This document shows, in pieces, positions 53,840 to 64,000 of a DNA stretch of 64,000 nucleotides (position 1 is its first letter; the number at the start of each line of letters is the position of its first letter). The notes under the pieces are model-generated. The model was not told the DNA's origin and searched no databases. It saw nothing but the letters and a program-made list of their open reading frames with translations. Origin of the DNA: Octopus vulgaris (Eukaryota). Position numbers and translations under genes: made by a program. Location: positions 3,844,001 through 3,908,000 of the forward strand of contig OX597816.1 in the NCBI GenBank assembly GCA_951406725.2, given 5' to 3'.

Positions 53840-54001
53840 CGCACAGGAGTGGCTGTGTGGTAAGTAGCTTGCTTACCAACCACATGGTTCCCAGTTGAGT
53901 CCCATTGCGTGGCATCTTGGGCAAGTGTCTTCTGCTATAGCCTCGGGCCGACCAAAGCCTTGTGAGTGGATTTGGTAGACGGAAACTGAAAGAAGCCCGT
54001 C

Positions 54002-54050
<49 letters not shown>

Positions 54051-54372
54051 CGTGTGTGTGTGTGTGTATGTATGTTTGTCCCCCCAACATCGCTTGACAA
54101 CCGATGCTTGTGTGTTTACGTCCCCGTAACTTAGCGTGTTTATGTGTATATGTTTGTGTGTCTGTGTTTGTCCCCACCACCACCACCACCATCGCTCAAC
54201 AACCATTGTTGGTGTGTTTACATCTCCGTAACTTAGCGGCTCGGCAAAAAGAGATGATAGAATAAATACTAGGCTTACAAAGAATAAGTCCTGGCGTCGA
54301 TTTGCTCGACTAAAGGCCGTGCTCCAGCGTGGCTGCAGTCAAATGACTGAAACAAGTAATAGAGTAAAAGAG
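53840..54372 (+). mobile_element. SINE family B with internal duplication
   Basis: The segment GTTTGTCCCC..CGTAACTTAGCG occurs twice (about 54075-54136 and 54165-54238). Confidence 0.9.
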
Positions 54373-54758
54373 TATTTAACGTAATACCAAAAATAACCTT
54401 CTTAAATATTGGAAATATTTCAAGCCAAACACAGATGTTAAACGGCTCAAAATTGTATCGATTTGAAACGTGCTTGCCACAGAATGCTTATGAGACAGAT
54501 ATTATTATCACGGAATTACGGATACAGAGAGGTTATTCAAAGATAAGGATCTACGAACAGAGACTCCGATGATCTATGAACGGAACTGAACAACAACAAC
54601 AAATATAACTGCAGATTTATGCGATTGTGATAACGACTGAAAGCTTATTTAGAAACTGGTTATGATATACGAGTTCAGACAAACGAAAATAGACAATATT
54701 GTCTGTCACATACCAGAAATACCAAATTTTGAGCGACAAAGGTGACCTTGCTAAGATA

Positions 54759-55375
54759 CAGGATGTTCAAAACGTCTTCCAGCAGTGATCGTCTTCGTCC
54801 CCAAAGTCCATCCCCTCCCCACCGAGGTGGGGACGCTGGCAACGGGTAGTGTCAGAGCTATGCCGTCGGGAACTTCGGTTCCTGGTAGGACCACCCAAGG
54901 CGGATTGGTCTGACACCGAGTGGTATTAGGGCCACAACCCGGCAGACGGGGCTCTGGTGTAAATCCTCAGAGTGTCTGCTTCGGCAACCGGCGGCTCCTC
55001 GGTCGGTCTGCCCCTGCGTCTGCGGACAATCTGCGGCAAACAGGATGTCTCTACATGCAGGATTGTTGGGGACCGCTTGTGAAATCCACATATTCCCACA
55101 AAACTACTTCCATGACTAGAAGAAGCCGACGCAACCCGCCCAGGGTGAATGTCGCCACAAGTACAAGTAAGTACGTTTTCATCCTGTGCATCACCATGGC
55201 CATACTTCAAGGGTGTTTCGGTGAACGGATTATTTCGAAGGGATTTGGGCCACCAAGATCACCTGATTTAACACCGCCAGCCTTTTTTTGTCTGGGGAGC
55301 AAGTAAGGGATCAATGTACAAGAATCACCTGAAAACCATTAAATATTACTGCGGAGAGAGCTTTTGAACACCTTG
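54759..55375 (+). mobile_element. Internally deleted Tc1/maT-like DNA transposon
   Basis: TA-CAGGATGTTCAAAA ... TTTTGAACACCTTG-TA ends; residual FGERIIS..PPRSPDLTP..FF motif. Confidence 0.75.
54801..55173 (+). mobile_element. GC-rich non-autonomous RTE-like retroelement (structured 5' part plus (CAAGTA)n tail) nested in the DNA transposon
   Basis: TSD CGT(C/T)TTC(G/A)TCC at 54790-54800 and 55174-55184; GAGCTATGCCG..CTGGTAGGACCACCCAAGGCGGA resembles RTE 5' UTRs; tail CAAGTACAAGTAAGTA. Confidence 0.6.
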
Positions 55376-55904
55376 TATCAGAGAGAGTCTACAGTAACGT
55401 GGCTTTTTTTCACTCAACATGGAGTCAGATATTGTGCTGTGTCTGACAACCTGCAATCATCACAGACCAAAAAAAACATCTCCATTAATGCACAATTTAT
55501 TTCCTTTGCAAATGGAATCAGTGGCAGAGGGAAAAATTGGTGGAGCGCTTTTTAAAAGTATCTGCCGGGTCTAAATTTAGTTGTTTTTTTTTTGTTTTCA
55601 CATGATCTGTAAAGATAATAAAACTGAATCACTTGTTTTCTGCTTCTAAAATACATAGCGTTTCACTTGCGTTGGAGTGGAAATCGAATGCCAGAAATAG
55701 CAAAGCATCCGAATAATTGCTTAAGATTTGAGTGTCCTTCCGTGATATACTGAGTTCAATCTCGTCCCGTTCCTCATGGAATTACATTAGAACCAGGGAG
55801 ATAATGGGTTGCACAAAGTGACTACTCTTCACTCAACAATGTGACCCTATGCACATTCATACACATGCATATGCAGGCAGGCAGGCCCACACACACATCA
55901 TTTA

Positions 55905-56292
55905 TCTTACTGGTTCCAATCATTAGACTACGGCCATGCTGGAGTACTGTCCTGTAGAAGTTTAACTCGAACCCAGTACTTATTTTTTAAAAGCCTGGTA
56001 CTTGTTGTATCGATCTCGTTTACGGAACCGCTATGTTACGGGGAAATAAACACACTTGCACCAATTCTGAAGCGGTGGTAGGGGACAAACACACACACAC
56101 ACACACACACACACAAATATAAATATATACCACAGGATTCATTCAGTTTCTGTCTACCAAATCCACTCGCAAGGCTTTGGTCAGCCTGAGGCTATAATAG
56201 AAGACACTTGTCCAAGTTGCCTTGCACTGGGACCGAACCCGGAACCATGTGGTTGGGAAGCAAACTTCTTACCAGTCAGTGTCGCCTGCGCC
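55905..56292 (-). mobile_element. SINE family B (diverged)
   Basis: Reverse complement of the family B consensus. Confidence 0.85.
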
Positions 56293-57353
56293 CATTAGAA
56301 TTCATTCGTTCAAGTGATCAGGGTATTTGACAATATGAATGAGAAAGTAAAATGCAGTGACAGTTTAATGTTACCGATGCGGTTAGAGCACTTCCTGAGA
56401 CGAGGGCAAGTCAAAGATAGAGTTGCAAAATTAACTAAAGAAAGTTTACAACCAACCACTTCTAAAAATTCTATGGAAAAGGGAATTGTAGTGTTTCTAT
56501 CCTCGTAATCCGGACTTCAGATTTCTGGGAAATAAGTTCCCATCAAAATCTGGGTAATTCGATCGCTTGAACAATTTGCCTACAAAATATCGTCTGTCCT
56601 TTTTGAAACTATTTTTAAAACGAACGGAGCTGGTGGTACGAAATACACAAATGATGTGGTGGATGTTTTTATGTTCCCTGTTTTTCCCGAAGGAATCTGT
56701 TCGACATCTTTAAACACTTTCTAGAATCAACCGATTGCATTGTTTCCCTTCTGGTTAATATTATGGTCGACATGACTGGCATTAAAAGAATTTTATGAAA
56801 CTTTAAAGAACGTTAAAATCTCTTCTCTTCTCTCTCGTCAAAATATTATTGGAAATATAAAGCAGAAACCGCTAAAATGAAACTGTACAAGAAATAAAAG
56901 ACAGTTCTGAATTCATAAACTTGCCTTCCGTTTAGATATAAATTTCCATAACCAAAATGAAATGCCTAACAACATTTTATGCATAATGGTCCAGCAAATG
57001 TAATAATATTATGTTGGTTAGTTTTATATAAGGAAAAGCGATTTGTAATAATAAAATCGGACGGGGAACTTTTATTCCGCTCGAAAATGGAAAGAAGTTG
57101 GCTGTGAATATCAGACTGAGTTATTTTATTATTGGTGGATGCATGTTGTTACAGGATGAAAGTAGACATTGTTTGTGGAGATGATGAACGACTCTACATT
57201 CATTAAAGAGAGTAAATCCACACAAGAAAGGAATAAATTTAAAAGAAACGGAGTCTCTAAAATTAGATTAAACCTGATCAAAATGGCGGTGATCAGGTTA
57301 AAGCAGAAAGTGTGCGTGCACGTACATGTGTGTGCGTGCGTCTGTGCGTGCAC

Positions 57354-57385
<32 letters not shown>

Positions 57386-57439
57386 TCGTGCGACGTTAGT
57401 CAATCAAGACCCACTATGAATTTAGTTGATTAGGTCTCA

Positions 57440-58335
57440 TACAGCCTTAAATTGTTGAGGAGACCAATTTTAAGACGGAAATAAAAGTTACATGGAGGGC
57501 ACATATAGTTCTAGACGCCAACGGGCGTGTCAGCTGACCGTCCTTTAGAGAAGTCAGGTTTGTTTTCCACTGCATGAATGTTTGTCTCTTGTGAGGATTT
57601 GGCACCTTTGCTGATGTGAATATGCTACACAGTTCATTTCTGGCGAAGCTGTTCTCAGGAGTCTGTTTCAAATCTCATTGCTTTAAATGCTAATTTCAGG
57701 TTCACCCCGTGATGTCCTGCGACTGTCGAATGTTCTCTCCCTTGCTACATATTTACGAAGAGAACTTGCTTTAGTTTCCTTATAGTAACCATGTGGAGGT
57801 CAGGATCGTTCCAACCAACTTCCTTCTTTTGCTTTAGAGTATGTGTTAGCGTGATTGGATCACTTGTCTCGCCATTTCTTGTGGAGCAATCGACACAGCT
57901 ATACATGTCTCCACATGTACAGAGGAGCACCGTAGCCACGGCTGTTTGGTAGATATTCAAATTGATGCTGATGTCGACATCCTTATGCGTTTCTTTACTA
58001 CCCAAAAGAGGCTAAACACAGGGGACAAACAAGGGCATACAAACGGATTAAGTCGATTATATCGACCCCAGTGCGTAACTGGTACTTATTTAATCGACCC
58101 CGAAATGATGAAAGGCAAAGTCGACCTCAGCGGAATTTGAACTCAGAATGTAACGGCAGACGAAATACGGCTACGCATTTCGCTCGGCGTGCTAACGTTT
58201 CTGCCAACTCGCCGCCTTAGGACGTTGACATCCTTATGTTCTCAAACTTTAGAACGTAGTCTTTCATCAGCTGTGTTGGCTTTAGCTATCTTAAAATTGA
58301 CCCCATCACCAGAGTGGACGTGTCTCGGGAAAGGT
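57440..58335 (-). pseudogene. RTE (BovB-like) LINE 3' remnant interrupted by SINE A
   Basis: HVHSGDGVNFKIAKANTADERLRSKV*EHKD..LNIYQTAVATVLL; C-terminal ICPPCNFYFRLKIGLL zinc-finger-like end. Confidence 0.65.
57988..58217 (-). mobile_element. SINE family A, monomer
   Basis: TSD GA(T/C)GT(C/T)GACATCCTTATG at 57970-57987 and 58221-58238. Confidence 0.9.
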
Positions 58336-59489
58336 TGCTAGGTTGCAAGTCGAACGGGCATAAATTATAAATAAAACAATGTTTCGTTGTTATTTAGTCT
58401 CAGGACAAAGCTAACCGAACAGACTCACCAATAAGGCCTTTCTGAAGTCACTACACCAGCCCCAGTCAATCCAATTATAGAATATGTGATTCGGTTATAA
58501 GACAATAGGATACGATTAGGAGATGACTTACCTGCTATTTCTAGAAGCTCAACTGACCATGTAGAGTGTCTCGTGTTATCGTACGTTAAGTACTGTGATG
58601 CCAAAGAAAATAATAGAGCTCTGCGTTTTGAAGTGTTTATCAGCAGTATGTTTCTTCAGATTAAAACATGGTAAAGAACAATATATTCTGTTATGGTATT
58701 TCTATTGATCAATGAGATTAATCCTAATTGGCAGATAAATTTTTAAACATCAAACCCAAACTGATAAAGCGGCATATAAGATTCACTTTGAATGTTTCCA
58801 TAAATTCTTTCAATTTCTCTTTAGCATATTTATTTTATTCTCAAAAATTCTCATATAAGTGTAAGAGAAAAGATAGAAAGATGTATTAAGAATCAACCAG
58901 TTAGCGGAGGAGAGACGAGAAGAACAGATCATATCTCAAGTATTGCGTAATATCCATGGCTAAAATATGACAATTCTTAAAATTTCAAAACAAATGGTTA
59001 CATACTAACAATGCAATTTAGCACCAATAAACAGGAACAATCAAACCGTCACCTAATTGGTTATTGACCTAACTTCCCACTTACAAAGGATCCGTTGGTT
59101 TGTTTGATATAACAGTAATACAGGGTCATGGCATCTTGATCTTTGGAAATTCTCCGGCATTATCGATTTATTCTGGATCTCTGCGTTTAAAGTCGAAATC
59201 TCACCAAAGCCAACTCTCTATTTCATCTTTTCGGTATCAGCTCAGAGAGGGTTGGCGAAAGAATTAGAACATCGAACGCGACGGATCTATCAGGTTCTGT
59301 TTCTTCATTTCAAATCCCGTCAGTTGTCACCAGGAAAAAGCAGCTCCTTTCCAAGTCAGAATGCAACCGGTGATAAGCTGTGGAATTCTTCAGGTAAGTG
59401 TCCAGATTATTATTATTAAAAATGGCTGCGCATCAACTGGAAGGAAGGAATACAAAGGGATTTTCATATTCTGTGAAATCTCTCTCCCT

Positions 59490-60779
<1,290 letters not shown>

Positions 60780-60889
60780 TTAGTCATAAATAATTGATCT
60801 CACCCCAGCAAATACGAGTGGGATCTATCGCAGCTTAGTTTGTTCCAACAAATTACCCAGGTTTAAGTGGGGATAAATATTATCTTTCA

Positions 60890-61258
60890 TGGCTAATTGT
60901 TGCAAATTTTGGCACGAGATCAGCAATTTCAGGGGCAGCAGTAAATCGATTATATCGACCCCAGTATTAAACTGGTATTTTATTGACTCTGAAAGGATGA
61001 AAGGCAACGCCAACCTAGGCAGGGTTTTAGCTCAGAATGTGAAGATCCGGAAGAAACCAAGCTAAACAACAACAACAACACTACCAGCTCGCCGCTTCAC
61101 CCAGTCATCGATAATTCTTTCTGTTGGAAGCACAAGACCTCAAATTTAGGGGAAGGGATTAAGTCGATTACATCGACCACAGTGCGTAACTGGTACTAAT
61201 TTTATCGACCCCGAAAGGATGAAAGGCAAAGTCAACCTCGGCGGAATTTGAACTCAGT
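60890..61258 (-). mobile_element. Two adjacent SINE family A copies (one diverged, one partial)
   Basis: GGATGAAAGGCAA motif at about 60995 and 61217. Confidence 0.75.
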
Positions 61259-61379
61259 CATAAATAATAACAACATCAATATGTCTTAGATATTTGCACA
61301 ACAGTAAAAAAAAAAAATCTTCTCCGTTTCAAGGAACTTAAATGTTACTTGATATATTGTTGACTTTTATTTCTGCGCC

Positions 61380-61670
61380 CTTTTCAAGCCTAGCCAGGCT
61401 CATGGGCCCGGTTTCCTGGTTCCCATGGCGTATGTGTTCTCCCACCAGCTGGACGGGACGCCAGTTCATCGCAGCGTTATTCAAGAAACAGGAAGAAAGA
61501 GTGAGAAAAAGTTGGGGCGAAAGAGTACAACAGGGGTCGTCACCACACCGTGGAGGAGCTTCGTGGAGATTTAGTTGTTTTCGCTCAAAAAACACACTTA
61601 AAGCGTCGGTCTGAGAATCGAAACCGCGACTGCGATTCCGCTGCCCTAACCACAGGGCCATTGCGCCTCC
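61380..61670 (-). mobile_element. SINE family C with V-domain-like tail
   Basis: Head on the minus strand GGAGGCGCAATGGCCCTGTGG; tail CTGGACGGGACGCCAGTTCATCGCAG related to 16671-16780. Confidence 0.8.
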
Positions 61671-62354
61671 TTTGTTGTTGACTTAGTTTTATTTTATTAT
61701 CAATCGTATTTATTTCTTAGCCAGAAATATTTAGGCAAATTTCTTGAAACGTAAGTACATTTCACTGAGCAAAAACAATGCCATTTAATTCAGTAATCCA
61801 ACAGAATTCCGTCTGCATAACATTTTGTGATAAATTTTTAAGTAATTTTCCCTTAAAAGTCTATTTCCTGCTGACCTGTTAATAAATCAGATGATCGCAA
61901 AAATCTTATTCAGAGCTACAAAACGATGTTGGAAAGTGTGTTTGTAGAACGGTGCTAGAGTATGTCTGAGGTACAAAGGTAAAGTCGGTGAGTATGGAAG
62001 AAGTTTTGGCAGAAACAAGACTATGATCGACAATTGTAACAAGATACACGAATAAGATTGAATGACGATTAGATTAACAATAATTGGAGTTGTAGCAAAA
62101 TAAATCAATAACAAATAGAAAAGTCAACCGAATAATAAAGTAAGAACGTTATTAAAATATATCGATTGATTTCGTTTCCAAAAGAAACAATGCGATGTTC
62201 TCCTTCTTCGACTGGAACAAAAGATTCGATCTATTTTATGACAAAAGGAAATCGAGTAATACGGATCGTTGAGTTCATAAAATACTGGACAGTCAACGGA
62301 GCTGGCAGTGGTTCGTATTTACTCGGCAGTACGGCTTTGTGTCAAAGGCTATAC

Positions 62355-62774
62355 TCTTACTCTTTACTCTTTTACTTGTTTCAGTCATTTGACTGCGGCC
62401 ATGCTGGAGCACCGCCTTTAGTCGAGCAAATCGACCCCGGGACTTATTCTTTGTAAGCCCAGTACTTATTCTATCGGTTTCTTTTGCCGAACCGCTAAGT
62501 GACGCGGACGTAAACACACCAGCATCGGTTGTCAAGCAATGCTAGGGGGACAAACACAGACACACAAACATATACACACAGACACATATATATATATATA
62601 TACATATATACGACAGGCTTCTTTCAGTTTCCATCTACCAAATCCACTCACAAGGCATTGGTCGGCCCGGGGCTATAGCAGAAGACACTTGCCCAAGATG
62701 CCACGCAGTGGGACTGAACCCGGAACCATGTGGTTGGTTAGCAAGCTACTTACCACACAGCCACTCCTGCGCCT
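62355..62774 (-). mobile_element. SINE family B
   Basis: Full-length; nearly identical to 31039-31452. Confidence 0.92.
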
Positions 62775-63294
62775 ATGACTATTAGATCTCAGCAATTGAG
62801 GTAGAATTAATATATATATGCTACCCGAACATTTTAGCGTGTATCATAAGAGATCCCTTCTCGCTGAGCAGTCATATGACCAAGAACATCCCGGCCTTAA
62901 ACATTTCGTGCACTACAAGGTTATCAAGGAATACATTATCTATGTCTATTTTTTTAAAAGATGTTTCGGTTGCAGCGTTACCCAATACAATTTATGTTGG
63001 ATCGCAATACCCATCAATGTTTTATCCAATGGAAAACGGTGTGTCACAGACAACATTTCTGATTCCACCAAAGTGAGAAATAAGACTGAAAATCAGAAAT
63101 TATTAGAAAAGAAAATTTGTGATGCTTTTGTTTAATTCTCGACATTTATGTTGCGAAGAAGAGAAAAATATTTAAGCAAAAATCAAGAGCATATTACAGA
63201 TAAAGTTCACACACAGCTAACACATTGCGGAAGCTGGGCGGTCTGTGAGAACTATACACACACGTTAGAAATAGCCATAAATTAAAAAGAAACT

Positions 63295-63530
63295 GGTACT
63301 CCGTCGGTTCCGACGCTAAGTGTTCCAGTTGACACGATCAACGGAACAGCCTGCCCCCGAAATTAACGTGCAAGTGACTAAGCACTCCACAGACACGCTT
63401 ACAGTTAACGTAGTTTGCAGGAAGATTCAGCGTGATGCAGAATGTGACAAGGCTAACTCGAATTACCGGTACAACATTTTTGACATCAGTGGACTGTTGC
63501 AACGAGGAAGAGAGTGTCTTGCTCAAGACA
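63295..63530 (-). mobile_element. SINE family D fragment
   Basis: TCAACGGAACAGCCTGC..GAAATTAACGTGCAAGTG. Confidence 0.7.
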
Positions 63531-63629
63531 CTGCATTTTTTCCAATAATAATGTAGGTGACTTGAGATCTTTGCCTTGCCTTAACGTTTGTTACCCTCTT
63601 TAAAAATTACACACACACACAAACACACA

Positions 63630-63673
<44 letters not shown>

Positions 63674-63674
63674 A

Positions 63675-63810
63675 GGCTTGCTTCCCAACTACATGGCTCC
63701 ACGTTCAGTCCCACTGCATGGCACTATCAGCGGGTGTCTACTATAGTACTTGGGTCGACTAAAGCCTTGTGAGTGGATTTGGCAGACGGAAACTGAAAAA
63801 ATTCCGTCAT
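63675..63810 (+). mobile_element. SINE family B 5' fragment (diverged)
   Basis: GCTTGCTTCCCAAC..AAAGCCTTGTGAGTGGATTTGG. Confidence 0.75.
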
Positions 63811-64000
63811 GTGTTTATTTATGTATGTACATATACATATATATATATATATATATTTTTGTTTTTGTCCTGTTATTATTATTATTATTGTTTTTTTGTA
63901 TTTGTTTCGTATACATTCGATCCTTTTTCCAAGAAATCTAATGCTCGTAGCTTAGTTTTTCCTTGGGGCTGGCCGGATAGGAGCGATCTCAAGATTAATC

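Overview
AT-rich, repeat-dominated eukaryotic DNA. The SINE and microsatellite content looks like an Octopus/cephalopod genome; this is inferred from pattern recognition, not from a search. No host protein-coding gene can be supported, and most listed ORFs are microsatellite or SINE read-throughs. Retroelement content: about 35 tRNA-derived SINE copies in at least four families (my labels A-D), a CR1-like LINE pseudogene, RTE remnants, R4/Dong-like RLE retrotransposon fragments stacked in a TAA tract beside a 541-unit (AAT)n run, and several Penelope-like (PLE) remnants and non-autonomous derivatives with hammerhead-like motifs and inverted ends. DNA transposon content: a mariner with terminal inverted repeats (TIRs), a maT/Tc1-like remnant and two non-autonomous Helitrons. 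The most notable observations are (1) SINE-A copies with a variable number of 184-185 bp internal units joined at the same palindromic junction at independent loci, (2) a tRNA-headed element carrying a PLE-type hammerhead and a 5' inverted copy of its own 3' end, a candidate Penelope-mobilised SINE, and (3) many fold-back insertions in (TA)n tracts, one of which copies its own flank in inverted orientation.
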